Positions 30,098 through 43,400 of a stretch of DNA of 64,000 nt are shown one piece after another. The DNA comes from Lingula anatina (lineage: Eukaryota > Animalia > Brachiopoda). The notes beneath the pieces were generated by a model that was not told where the DNA came from, made no database searches, and was given only the letters and a program-made list of their open reading frames with translations. Location of the stretch: NCBI GenBank assembly GCA_051362555.1, contig CM120640.1:6262001-6326000 (forward strand), given 5' to 3'. Made by a program: the position numbers and the translations under genes. The stretch's first letter is position 1. Every line of letters starts with the position of its first letter.

Positions 30098-32198
30098 GGC
30101 TTCGCGCTGCGGGCCAATGACTTTTTAATCATCTCATTGAACATTTTAAATCCCATATGGAGCACACCAGACTTTGCATGTTGTTATGGTGTTTTAACTA
30201 GTCAGACATTTTGATGTTAAGTTTTAGAATTGCGGTTCTGAGATTGAATTTAATTTAGAAAATTGATTTGAAATGGTCGAGTGGTGTGTGGCGAATTAGG
30301 TCTGGATTCAAATGTAGATCTAGTAAGTATGTAAATGTAGAAGCCGTAAAAAAGTTGGTAACTAAGCGGGTTACGGAATTTCTTAAATTGCATTTCCCGG
30401 TGCTTTTATTTCCAAGAAATACGAGGGGTTAATGTAAATCCAACGCCGGTGATTATGAAACGCACTTGCTGTCGGTGTTTCAGTGCTGGTTGATGGTACT
30501 GTACGTCTGGCTTTTTTTGTTATATTAACACTGCAGCATCACGGTAACTTTTCACGGCATGTAAGTATCTGCTCTAGAATAAAGGAATGAAATCTTTGGA
30601 ATAATGCTTATGCAGTTTTTTTTTTCTATTTTTCGCGTGAATTGAATTTTTATTATCAATTATTTTCTACTTTTAAATTGTGTCCGTAATTTGGGCATGA
30701 ATACACGCCCTTAATCCAAACAATTCGCAAGTTAATCATCTTTTAATAAAATTTGAAAGTTTCGCCAATCTCTTGGCATTCATACGCTTTTTGCGTAGGC
30801 CAACTTTGCTGGCACAGTACTTTTTTAATTAATCAAAATTCTTTACTGTTTTTCTCCAAAATGAGTATTTTATTTGCTAGATGTTAAAATTTGTCGAAAT
30901 CTTCTTAAAATTTATACGGATAAAGGTGCAATACGTGGAATTTCAAAGCCCATGTGACTTGATCTAAGCACAGAAGTAGAGAAAGCAAATTTAACATTGC
31001 ATTGTATCATATATTGTATATATGCAGACACTCCTAGTACGTCACCGCCTGCTTACAAAGAGCAGTAGTCCAATACACTTACATCTTAAGTGGGATTTTA
31101 CATCCGCCAACGAGACGAAGAAGCTATTGACATGCACATTAGCGCTCTGTTACAAAATGTTCTATATTGTTGGTTTCAATAAACTACATAACGAATGTTC
31201 TTTTTTCTTTCACCCCTTTCAATGAAACATTTGCAACCTTTCGGTCTAGTAGGATTACACGTCGTCTTGCCCTTATTGTCTGTTTATGTCGCTGAAATTT
31301 TGCTTCAAGAACCATTTTGTGAGTATTAAATAGAATGAAGAAACCAGCATATGAAAAACAGAACACCAATAACTTAACACACAAGTTGTCATGAAAACAC
31401 CTTTGTGACTCCATCAGAACATTTTTCCATGCGATTAAAATTACTATTAGTGCTGAAAGTTGCTAAAGAGGTGCATTTTTGTATTTTATTTTAGAATAAT
31501 GAAATACAGAAACGCTTCTTGAAATGCTGTAAAACCGTAATCTTACGAAGCATTTTACAATAAGTCACACTACGTACTTAAGCTGTTCAGTTTCCGTGTA
31601 CAAAATACCTTTTATTTAAAAATACATATGCTTATTGAGTTCACAGTCAGCGCCTTCATATATCATGTACATATATAAGGCATGAGATACGATGCTTACA
31701 GATACGATGTCATACTAATGAAAGTTGACAATTTCTACATATTTGTCACAGTTCTCTCGACTAACACACCCAGTTTGGGGCCTTCACTGCCGTTCACCAG
31801 ACTATTGAGCTGTCAGTGGATGAACACATATTAAAATGGTGACCTGTGTGGGAATACTTCTGCTGATTTTTTCTTTTAACCCATTCTAACCTGTGTCCAC
31901 ATTTCAGGCAAAATAATCTCTTAAAGAATCTTTAAACTGTACACTGCAGATGAAATCTTCCCAAAGATACTCTTGGTTCAAGTCACTTCATCAATACAAA
32001 GCATCAAATAAACCATGCCGACACTAACCAGGTTTTAATAGAAGGACCAACTAATTCAGCCTTTGTCCCCTAGGTGGTCAAGCATGTGGAAGGCCTGGCT
32101 GGGCACTGATGACCTTTCATGGACAGCCCCCATTATCTTTTACTTTAACATAGCATCAATTGTTATATTTTCTCCCTTCATTCAACAGGCATTCAGTT

Positions 32199-33242
32199 TC
32201 ATATGGCTTTTCTGTGGTAGTCTGGAGGTGCTACGATATAGTCACTCAAACTAAACATAGTCCCTATGTTCTTCTGAAGGTATCTGAAATAAAATTCAGA
32301 GCATGTTTTTTACAAAAACATATCGCTATCTCACATTATCAAATTTTCAAAATATGTTTGCTTCCTTACTTTTTTTACCACCTTACAGAAAATATGAATA
32401 CAGTCTAAACCATGTTATACTCATTTTAACAATGCAGAAGATGGATCACAGTATTCAGAGCCCCTTTCTGTAAGCTGTAACCATGTATTGACTCACTTTA
32501 GGAAATCCTGTAGATAATTAAGTAGAAGCTGGATACTCTTTTCATCCAGTGGAGTGTAAGCCAACATTTGTGGTAATTTAACTGAAACAAAATATTTGCA
32601 TGATTTTCTGATCATACACACTTTTTGAGCCACATATATATTACTACATAACAGAAATGTATTGCTAAGTTTGGCTGTTGAAATTTTAAAAATAAAGAAA
32701 ATATTGTTCTTGTGGCTGTTATAATTTTTAATATAAAAACAATATTGTTCTTGTAGGATAAATAGACAATTAAACAACATTACACAATTGCACTTCAATG
32801 TAAATATATGCAAACACTTACCAAACAACCTAAGCAAATGAATGGAGCCATACACTTGTGACATAGGGACATCTGGGTTCTCACTCAATATCTGCAATGC
32901 AGAAAGTTGTTGGTATATATAATAAGTAAGCAATAAGACCTCAATCAAATCATTCCTTGTCCACAAACATTTAATTTCAATATTTCTATTCAATGCAATA
33001 CATAATGTCTATTACTTCAGAAGTACAATCAAATGAAGTAAAATGTGGTTACTACTTTGCTTGACATTATATATATTTGTGGTTTGGACCACAAGTCAGT
33101 TACTGATTCCATTTACATAAAATGAAGACATTTTCCTACCTCTCCATACTGTGGTCTTTCAAACTTGTACAATAATTGTGTTCCCAGCATAACATTGAAA
33201 TACTCTCTGATACCCTGGGTCAACTCTATGATAGCATCTCTG

Positions 33243-33281
<39 letters not shown>

Positions 33282-36200
33282 CATGAAGAAAATTGCAGAT
33301 GAATGCAAAAAATTACTGTGCATCTCCTTGGTAAACACAATGCGGCAATTTTTATTTTACACCAAAATAAAGTGAGTTCTGTGACGTTAGGCATCATGTC
33401 TTGAATGTGCTGTTAAACTCCATACTGGCTCCAAAAATCAAACAATGTTTGTATTTTCAGTATTTAAGCATTTCAGTATTTCAGGAACAATGTTAAGAGT
33501 ACAGACACAGAGGATCATATTGGTGTTAAATAGATTTTTAAAAAATTTTCATGACATCCAAATTTCAAAAAAAAAAAAAAAAATTCTGGGAAAAGCAGTT
33601 GGATTGTGTATAGTGCATGAATGAATGAATAAGGTGAAACTGACATTAGAAACTGAAAGGGAATGGTTTCAAAAATGCACCAATTTCATAAAATATTTCA
33701 TGCAATTGTTTGCTCCATATGTCTTAGAATAAATTACTCAAACAAATTCAAGTATTTTACATACAATATGACAAAATGAAATCTTCATATCTCATGAGCA
33801 CTGGGACAAAACATTACCATATCTGTTACATTGGACTTTAAAATTCTCTTTTAACTAGACACAATTGTAATCCTTTTTTTACACAAAACTTATGACAATA
33901 TCACGACTAGCAAAGGACTCAACTTACTTGTTGGGATTGCTTCCTTTTGAAGTTTTCTGCTTCATATATTCATCCAAAATTTTTTCAACAGTCATGTTAG
34001 CTGGCAGCTTCAGTAGCTTAAATGGTTTTTAAAATGGTAGAATAAACACACTGCAGGAATATTGTGAAAAACCTCTTAAGATGAAATTTTAATCCACTAA
34101 AAAAACTGCTGTTTGCACCACCCAATACTCACCAATGTACAATAAAAAGACATGCACTAAACAGTGTACACTTTGATAAAACCATCTGATATACTGGATA
34201 ATTAACTTTGGTTTATCGTCATTTACCATTTTCTGTCTTGTAATCATATCCCAATCATCCACAAGCCAAGGCTTCAGCTCATCAGGGATTTTTAGCTTCA
34301 CTTCAATCTTGGCCAGAAAAGACTCCTCCTAGGTAAAAAAAAAATTCATCCATACCTTTAAAAATTTGCAAAGCATTGTGTTAAACAATTCTTCAAATAC
34401 TACAAGGGTGTTCCTTAAAAGATGTTACACAACTGTCTTCAATTAAAACAGAAATCATTAATTTGTCTTGTGATTTGGGGGAAAAAAATTAAAATAATGA
34501 TTAATGGCCCAAAATGTGCAATATTTCACTCACAGATTCTACTGTGGGATCAACTCTTGCCCTCTTCTTCTTTGGTTGTTCTGAACTTCCTGTGGACTCT
34601 GCTATACTTGGAGCTACAATGGTGGAATAAATCTTTTTTGTAATGGAAATTTAAACATTTTTTCTACTAGCCCAATGCACAAAATTAAATAAATAAATAA
34701 ATTAATTAATTAAATAAATAAATTTAAAAAAAATAAATAAATAACATAATTGCTTGTGCGTGCATGTCTGTGTGTGTGTGTGTGTGTGTGTGTGCACAAT
34801 ATGCTTGGGTGTGTGTGCGTATGTAATATTAAAAGTTAAAATCAATTGCAAGCTGAAAAACTGCTAGGCTAAGCCTGTGTTTTGCACCCTACTGGTATTA
34901 AAACAGAGAAAGCCTATTACATCACATGTCTTTGCTGTGACATCTTAACCTCACCTTTCTGTTTTGATGTTTGTTTGTCTGACTTTTCTGAAGATGGTGT
35001 AGAACACCTTTCCTTTTCTTTCTCCTTTTCCTGTTTTTTGGCTTTGGGGGGTGCTCCAACTCCTGTTGGTAGAATACCTTTCCTGTTTTTCCTAAGAAAT
35101 AAGAAAATGTGAGTAAATATAATTTTCTTTCAATTGTAACAGAATAGCTTCCTAACTGAAATTAAACAATTCCATTTAAAGGCACATACGAACCAAGCAT
35201 CAGTGGAGCGTGGGATCCCAGTAACACATGTAAACCACTTCTACTAGTTCCTTTATTTGACTCAAATAAATTCAACCTGCCAAGGGATAAACTGAATAGA
35301 TAACTCGATCAGTCATAAAATAGCTTTAGACTGCTCCTTTCTTTAAATTTTTGGTCGGAAATTTAACCTACTTTCGTGACCTACTTTGCTGCCCCATTGA
35401 CATACAGCATAGAATGCTAACAGAAAAATCTGTTCTAACATCATTTTCGGGTAAAATTAAACAATGCCTTTTGGTAATTATCTTAGTTATACTACTTGAA
35501 ACTATATGCTGGCATTTAGTTGGTTTTTGTGACAAAAAATTGACTTTGTATGTATCTTTAAAATTCTTTTCACAGTGAAGTAACATGTTTTACATCACCA
35601 AGGGCACACAAGACATACCATTCAAATTGCAATGATATATACTTACGCATGAGCTTTCATTAACTCTTTCTGTTTTTGTAATCCACTTTCATTACACTTC
35701 ACTACTCTGGACTCTGGTACCCATTCATCCCAACTATAAACAAAAAATGAAACTGTATGTACAATCAAAAAACTAGGCTTAGGCTGTATTCCCAGAGCTT
35801 TTAGATCATCTATCCCCGCAGGGAGTCTCACTAGATTACTGTCAGATAATCCGGCTTAAATGTCCGTCCCGCCTACTACAAGCTGTAAGAGGGTAATTAA
35901 CTTTCGTGTCCGCTCGGCTGACAGCTATTTAGGGTGAACCCCCAGGGAGTTAGGTCGATCTAAAGTAGATCGATCTAATCTCTGGAAATGGGGTCTTAGG
36001 GTCTATCCACAGTATTGTCACCACCCCAGTAACAAAAAGGAAACTTATACCCGCTGTCACTTAAATACTTTTGAATTACATTCAAAATGTTTCAGGAAAG
36101 AATATTATGGAAAAATACAACAGAATGTCTCTTACAACAAACAACTATTACAAAACATTTAAACTCCAACTGAATATTAATTTTAACATTTATTCCTTTC

Positions 36201-37151
36201 ACTTTTTCAAACTAACTGTGTACTACAGTTCATGCACAGTTGCATATTTGTTACGTCAACTTACTGTTTATTCCATCCATTATAATGAATAAAATATCTT
36301 GTCTGTTTATCTTTAACTTCAGTCTTCACAAGCTAAAAGAAAAACACGATATTAAAGATTTTATTTTTAAAAATCGAAAGTTTAATTACATAATAAAAGG
36401 ATTAAAACACCCCTTAAACAATGAATAACGGGACTACCTAAATTGTGCAATACACCACAATACAGCGCAACACAGCGCAATACACTTGAAAAAACAAGTC
36501 AAGTCACAAGTAAACACATTGCGGCGTATTGCGTAATTTAGGCAGACCGATGAATAACTAAGCAAAACATCAACTAAACCACTGTCTGAGATACAAACTC
36601 AGCTTTTCAATTTGTAATTCCTCCTTCAACTATTTTTTTACCAGTCATTAAAATCTGAAATCATTCAGGTTACTCACCTTGGCTTCATAAAGAAGAGGTC
36701 CATGAAAGCACAGTATTTTTTCGCCTGGAAAATAGTTTTTGCTCAATTTCAAATTGTACACAAAAGCATGACGAATGAAAAATAAAATCAAATTTGATGG
36801 AGCATTCATGGGCAGTATGTCTGTGAATATCAGCTTTATTGTACAGAATACAAGAAAGTAAAAGTTATACGATTAACTGTTTTCAGTAACCAAAAAACCA
36901 ATACTGTAAACACAAAATCACAACATCCCGCAATCTGATTCATTCACATCTCCCAGCCAAACAAAAACACACAATAAGGGAGTCCCGTCACATCGTGTTC
37001 GTTCTATATTTATACAAAAGACAAACATGAGATAACTTAACATACTTTTATTCACATGTTTAAACGCCCAATGAAATATATTCCCATAAATACGCACCGA
37101 TAACACCCATAATTTTCACTTACCCTCCTGAAACTTGGGTTTCGGCGCCAT
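32199..37151 (-). CDS. MORF4L1: MRG15 / mortality factor 4-like 1 (chromodomain + MRG domain), multi-exon
   Basis: [10 protein letters not shown] / [15 protein letters not shown] / [23 protein letters not shown] / [10 protein letters not shown] / [23 protein letters not shown] / [23 protein letters not shown] / [14 protein letters not shown] / [10 protein letters not shown] / YLQKN...[14 protein letters not shown]. Confidence 0.96.
33246..33277. repeat. (TA)n microsatellite at an MRG15 acceptor
   Basis: Directly visible TA run. Confidence 0.9.
34769..34794. repeat. (TG)n microsatellite
   Basis: Directly visible TG run. Confidence 0.9.
36429..36549. mobile_element. 121-bp MITE with 8-bp target-site duplication
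   Basis: CGGGACTACCTAAATTGTGCAATAC ... GTATTGCGTAATTTAGGCAGACCG imperfect TIRs, flanked by ATGAATAA at 36421-36428 and 36550-36557. Confidence 0.75.
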
Positions 37152-37509
37152 GCTGAATGATGATTAGTTCCCTCAAAAGGTGAGGTGAAGGAATTTTGTA
37201 TATCTTATTTTCATAATAAACAATCATACTATGCAATCATCACATAATCGTTATCAACAATATTATGTAGTTAAAGGGTCACACGGTAAACCTTTGATTC
37301 AATCTAAAATTATGAAAACACAAACGAAATTTAATTGTTGGAATCAGTCAAGAACTAGTCATATCATGTGACCGTTCAAAATGGCTGTCGTTCAAGACCA
37401 CATGCGCAAGGAAACGTGCTTCAACAATTTAAGTCCATAGAATCAAAAGATTAACCGCCGTATAACCATTTTAATGCTATACATTTTAGAAGTAATCAGA
37501 ACTTACAAT
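37152..37509. promoter_or_regulatory. Bidirectional promoter MRG15 / TTI2
   Basis: Divergent start codons 358 bp apart; YY1-type CAAAATGGCTG at ~37377-37387. Confidence 0.7.
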
Positions 37510-38994
37510 ATGGCTGATACAAGCAAGCAATTGGAGACACTGGTTAGTGAGTTATCCATTTTAGACGACGCCGGGGACTGTGTTGGATTAACTGGAAGCG
37601 TATCAGTTGCTAGATATCTGAACAGGATCTTGACGTTAAAATATTCGAAAATCCACGAATTTAACTCAGCTCTTAATAAACTGAAACGATTACTGCGTGA
37701 ATTTGAAGGTGACTTAGACTGTGATAAGCAACTCTGCTGGGATTTCATAAATTACATTTGTGAACAATATTTGCGTCACGAATCGTTTGAACACGAAGTT
37801 TCCGAATTTGATTCGTCAGATTTTGAAGGACTACCAGAATGTGCAGCATTTGTTCTAGATGTGTGTAGTCTGATTATTGAGCGATTAAGAGAACATAGAA
37901 AGGACAATGTTACTAAGAGTGTAATGAAACATTGCAGACATACAGTAGTATCTGTGTGTGCAGCCAACTCTCAGCCTTTACCATGGACAAATGATATTAG
38001 TATAGATCTCGCAGGAAAAACACTGGAATACCTGTGTGCTATTTATGAATGCAGCAATACCACACAGTTGTTGCTAGGTGCATCAGAGTCTCAACAAACT
38101 GTGGTGAGGCAGGTACTTGGTCTTTTACAACCAAAGATGATGCGCAACTCCTGGAAGAACAATCCTATTTCTCAGCACATTTTACAGTGGTCTCTTATGC
38201 AGATTAAGTTCCCTCATTTGTCTGACTACTTGAATGTTGTGATCCCACCAGCTTTACTGTTCACAGATGACTATGTGCCAAGGAATAAAGTACTTGGGAT
38301 TCAGTGTCTGCGTCACATTATTTGTAACACCACTAAAACTAGTCTAAGATTGCATTCAAGAGCAGAGGTGATATATGAGGCATTATACCATCAGCTTTAT
38401 ACTCATGATGTTGAAGTGATTGAAGCTTTACATCCAACTCTGCTCCAAATATTGGAGATTGTAGAAGTTTCTCCTAAGCAGGTGGATGCTGAAAGAGCCC
38501 TGGGTAAATATGATTGTGTTTTACAGCACATACTTAGAGATATGCTAGTAGAAGTCAAGATTGTCATAAGAAGAGCTCTTTCAAGTCACTTGCCAGCATA
38601 CCTGCAAGCCATGGGAATAACAATTGTCCGTCACTTAAAGCAGTTGTTAAATGTCATCCACAGCTATTTAGATGCATATGATGGTCCAGCAGAGACTGCC
38701 CGGATTAACATTCTCATCATCCTCCAGGTCACAATAACTGAAGCATGGCCAAGAATATTGTATCATTGTGATGACATTCTCAAGAAACTGTTGACATTCA
38801 TTTATGATGTGTCTGTCGACAAAACATTGACTCCACAAAATGTTAAAACACGTCTTCTGGAGGAAGCAGTGACATGTTTGAGGCTGTTGAAACAAGCATG
38901 CAAAGGCAGAGTTGAAGAGTTACTACAGTGTTTTAAAAATGATAACGTGAACGAAATCTGTTGGGACTGTATCAGAAGAGTGTTACAAGAATAG
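37510..38994 (+). CDS. TTI2: TELO2-interacting protein 2 (TTT complex), single coding exon
   Basis: Uninterrupted helical-repeat ORF; PPALLFTDDYVPRNKVLGIQCLRHII...RAEVIYEALYHQLY and AWPRILYHCDDILKKLL match TTI2 motifs as I recall them. ATG 37510 has good context (ACAATATGG); upstream in-frame ATG at 37474. Confidence 0.85.
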   Translation: MADTSKQLETLVSELSILDDAGDCVGLTGSVSVARYLNRILTLKYSKIHEFNSALNKLKRLLREFEGDLDCDKQLCWDFINYICEQYLRHESFEHEVSEFDSSDFEGLPECAAFVLDVCSLIIERLREHRKDNVTKSVMKHCRHTVVSVCAANSQPLPWTNDISIDLAGKTLEYLCAIYECSNTTQLLLGASESQQTVVRQVLGLLQPKMMRNSWKNNPISQHILQWSLMQIKFPHLSDYLNVVIPPALLFTDDYVPRNKVLGIQCLRHIICNTTKTSLRLHSRAEVIYEALYHQLYTHDVEVIEALHPTLLQILEIVEVSPKQVDAERALGKYDCVLQHILRDMLVEVKIVIRRALSSHLPAYLQAMGITIVRHLKQLLNVIHSYLDAYDGPAETARINILIILQVTITEAWPRILYHCDDILKKLLTFIYDVSVDKTLTPQNVKTRLLEEAVTCLRLLKQACKGRVEELLQCFKNDNVNEICWDCIRRVLQE

Positions 38995-39970
38995 TATTCT
39001 AGCCATCATTTTGAGCATAAACTGCTTTTTAAATTAAATAAAATGCCTCGTTTGTAGTTAGAATTTTACCCGTTTCATCTGTATTTATCTGTATCAGATA
39101 AGAATATCTGCAGACAAATACAAAAAAGACAAAAATTTAAAGTTAGCGCTTCTTTGGAATCTTTAAAAAATACTCTGTTAAGTTTTGGTTTATTTACAAG
39201 AAGTTTTACAATTTATTGTGTTTAAACACTACTCCATCTTTTTACGTGTAGCGGCGATTGTCCCGTGATTGTGGGAGAAGCGGTCATTCTTCAGATATTC
39301 AAAGTTGATTACCGATCACATGTAGATGCTGCAACTTTTGTTTTTGTCTTGAATTTGCAATTTCTGTATTTTTGAATTTGCAACCATTTGTAGCTTTGAT
39401 TGATGTTCAACGATAATGTAAAATATTTATCAAACCATATAGTGGAGCCAGATTGGACTTAACGCGTTTTTTCAACCTTTTTTCTCTGTTAACTACGCAT
39501 TCCCCACTTTAAACTGATATTTGGATTTTATTTTACACTGACAATTTCTACACCTTAAGCGGACTTCTTTCTGCGATTTATGGTACAATAATGCGGATAA
39601 TGAGGAACATTTAATATCTCTATAAGTTTTCTGCAGATCCTCCCGACTGTTATAATGGTTAGATAGGAGGCTTTTTCAAAACTCCCCCTTTCATCCAGAG
39701 CTAATGATAACGTATTATAATAGTGAACAAGCAGACAGAATAACCTTTTCGTGCGTAATAAACGTAGAAATGCGCATTTACGTATCACTCTGTTTATGCA
39801 AAACAACTTGATGTATTTGTAGTTTTTTTCACATTGGTGATAAATGTAATTTTATTACAGTGATAACATGTAACGTGAAAAGCAAAATAAAAATTAAAAT
39901 AATATTTTGATATCAGCTAAAGATCGTTGTTGCTTTCTTCTGCTTAACTGGCACACATCTCAGGAACATG

Positions 39971-40118
39971 CCGGTGTGACGAAACTGAGGGTCTGTGTAA
40001 CAGAGAGTCCGCCCTCCGTTTAGTTATAATGGGTTAGAATCTAGGGCGAGGCTCGCCTGTACAAATGAATGGGAAGCGGACTCTCTGTCATGGGGGACTC
40101 TCTGTCACGTTACACGGG
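39971..40118. mobile_element. Small MITE-like inverted repeat in nAChR-B 3' flank/UTR
   Basis: CCGGTGTGACG...ACAGAGAGTCCGC vs GCGGACTCTCTGT...CGTTACACGGG. Confidence 0.55.
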
Positions 40119-40457
40119 TGCTATGATTACATACATGATGAGGTTTGAAACAGTTTGTTCCATCCATAGAATGTGGACAATGCACATCGTAGCTCAACAC
40201 GTGGTTCCAGTATTGCCAAAATTTCAATTATTGTTCATCAACTAACATTTTCATGCAAAACCGTTATATGTCTGCCGCTACGAATTATCAAATGTAAACA
40301 AAGGAGGAATATTGCATTATGCATTTTTGTTTCGCACAACGTTGTTTTCTTTTTGTTTATGTACAGTATATACAACTTCACGTTCTAGAAGTACTAATTA
40401 GAAAATTTATCTAAAATTACTCTTCAGAAGAGCCGAAATTGTTGTTCTGTTCAAAGT

Positions 40458-43400
40458 CTATGAGTAGTCGTCGTTGTATGCTATATTAAGCGGGCGTCGG
40501 CCATCATACATAGTTGGTGCTTGCAATATGATACCAAGAGTTCCAACCAGGCAGGCGAGAGAAAATATCCACAGGAACAATCTATCCAAAACCATAGCGA
40601 CGAATTTCCAGTCCTCTTCCACCTACAGCGATATGAAAAATGTGTTTTCAAATAAATAAATAAATAAATTGAAACAAAAAATTGGTTCCGAACTACATTT
40701 TGTCTACTGCTAAATTTTACTATTAAATTAATTTAAAAAATACTTCCTGTGCAACAAGACCGCTGCTAATTTTCACATTTCGACTCTTAGTGCACTAATT
40801 CTAGTGTTTAAAAGACATACGTTATGTTGTTGATCTTCTGACTTCAAGTGATCTGCAATGAATTTGACGCCCTTGAGAGCTCGTTGTATTGGCCACGGGT
40901 ACTTCGCTGACATCGTGTCAGAGTCTTCTATCAGTGGGTCATTGGCGTTACTGGGCAGATTATCGTAGGCGTCTGCGGTGTAGGGACTTCTTACGTCTAC
41001 GCCATTCGCAGTGCTTACTGAGGCCTGTGCAGAAATACATTATGGCATCATTGGAAAAACGCACAAGTTACAGATTATTGCCTTTGGTATCTTAGTTTGG
41101 TGAGTGCGTTATTTCATATACATGTACACCCTAAAGCATTACATACATAAATAAGTGCGTATTGATGAAGTTTAGCTAGAATCCTAGAGTTAAGTGAATA
41201 CATTCTATAGTACGTGGATCACTGTAAAATTATAGTGTAAAGATTTAGTGTGGTTTAATAGGTGGTTCCATCTAATTACATTAACATATTGATATCGAAT
41301 TGTCAATATTTTTTAAAAAATACATGTTTCAACGTTATCTTGGCAGGTTACGTTAACCTGGCAGAAAAAATGCGTTTTGAATTCGACTACATGGAAATTG
41401 TTCTTATAAAAAAATTGCATTCCTTTACCCCTTTTTCATTCTCTTGTTTTGGTCTTCTCATCAGAAGTAGACGAGGCAAGATGGACAGGAACACTTTCTT
41501 CACCCAAGGAGACATTTTGTGAGTGGCAGGGGACCGGAAGTGGACGTTCAGAACCATCACTGTCACTATGATACTTAACGACACAAGGATCATCGTGAAA
41601 AGCAGATACTTCCCGATTAGTGGGATCACCAGAGACGTCGGGGGAATCAAGTCTGCCAACAGCAAGAAGAACACAGTCAAAGACAGCAAAATGGAAATAC
41701 AAAGTGTGATTTTCTCTCCACTGTGTGATGGCAGATAAAATGTTAACACTGTGAGGAATGATATGGCCACACAGGGTATGATCAGATTGACAGTATAGAA
41801 GAGAGTCTTCCTGCGAATTGTTATATTGTAGGTAATAGATGGATAAGGTTCAGGGCAACATGAATAATATTTAGTGTTTCTAGAAAACGGTACGTCCATC
41901 AAATCCCACTCAACGCTTCTTGAGTAAGCAGATACGTCAATGCCATTTTCGACCCGAACATCGTCTTTTATGTCAGGATGCTCTCGGTGTTTTAAATCCA
42001 CTTGAAACCCATCATATGTCCAAGAACTGAATTTCAGATGACAGTTTTGTTCATCAAATGGGAAGAACTCGACGTTTATAGGACAGTAACTTTTATAGAT
42101 GGCTGGTGGCTCCCATTTGACACGCCCATGGCTGTACACCGTGGCTTTGGTCATTGTCGTTATCTGGTAATTACCGTCCGCACTGAAAATTAAATGGTGA
42201 TTATTCAGAAAAAACTGACATAGGAATTTTATTTTAATCAGCTGTACAAGTAAAATATTACACACATCTTTACGGCGATTATGTAAAATTGCTACGGTGT
42301 TCAAATAAATATATGTAAAACAGAAACATCATATGACAGCCTGTGTTTTTGTGATCAGTTTTTATTTGCTGTAACGTGCATTGTAAGGTGAAAGCGAATG
42401 AAAAAGCTCTAGTGATTATAACTCACTTATTATACAGCACAATGTCGGGTTTCCAAATATCATCAACAGGCACGAATAGTTTTTGAACTCCTCCATATTT
42501 GGTAGGTCTCCAGCGCAGACTGGTATCATTCCATTCCTGATCAATAACGTTGTAAAACTAGTGAAAATGCGGTTCACTCCTAGTGTGTTAGTTGAGAGTA
42601 AAAAATTGTGCAACAGACACAATCACAGAAGCAAAAGCAGCACAGCTAACTTACCATGAGCAGCCCCAAGTACGAACAGTTTTGCCTATATAACATATAA
42701 GCAAAGGCCTCACTGCAAACATCTAATATGGACCTCTAAAACAAACCGAACTGTTTTTACTTACTTGTTGTAAAGAACTATATCTGGTAGCCAAATATAA
42801 TTTGAAGGCACCAAAAGGTTGTCTATTCCTCCATAGTCTCTCTCGTCCCATACTAGATTATTGTCTATCCATTCCTGGTAGCAGAAATGTTAGTAAAACG
42901 CATGCATTACGTACGAGTATGGTATTCTGAGGTTTTTCGTCTAAACTAGCTGGCGTACATTTCATTCCAATGACGACACAAATCCTCGTCAAACAATCAA
43001 ACAACACAACGAAAAGAAATAATTGGTTCACACCGTCGCTAATTTCAGTTTCCAGGCCTGCTTACGCATGGCAGCGCTGATGTACGAAACTAAAAGGTTA
43101 CGGTTATTTGTAGAAGAAGGAACACAGAGTACTGCAACTCTGGTTGTTTCTTAATCTCTTAACAAATTATCGAAGAAAAGACATCAGAATACCATATTTG
43201 CCATGCAACAGAGACTACATTGCGCACAAAAAGTTGAATATAACAGACATAAGTTGCCATGCAGGTAAATCTGAATTAAAATGTTGCAGGGTAGTTCTCT
43301 AGACTATTCTAAGGCAATTGTTACTGCATGCACTTGAAGTCTCTCACAAAATATGGCCAAAATACTCCCCACCCCCAACACAAATACGTTTGGGGTAGAT

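Noticed and set aside
35783-36060. Intron-embedded RNase P/MRP RNA, telomerase RNA or hammerhead ribozyme
   Set aside because: No complete P4 pair, no full CTAACCC template, no CTGANGA/GAAA core found; kept only as an unassigned structured candidate.
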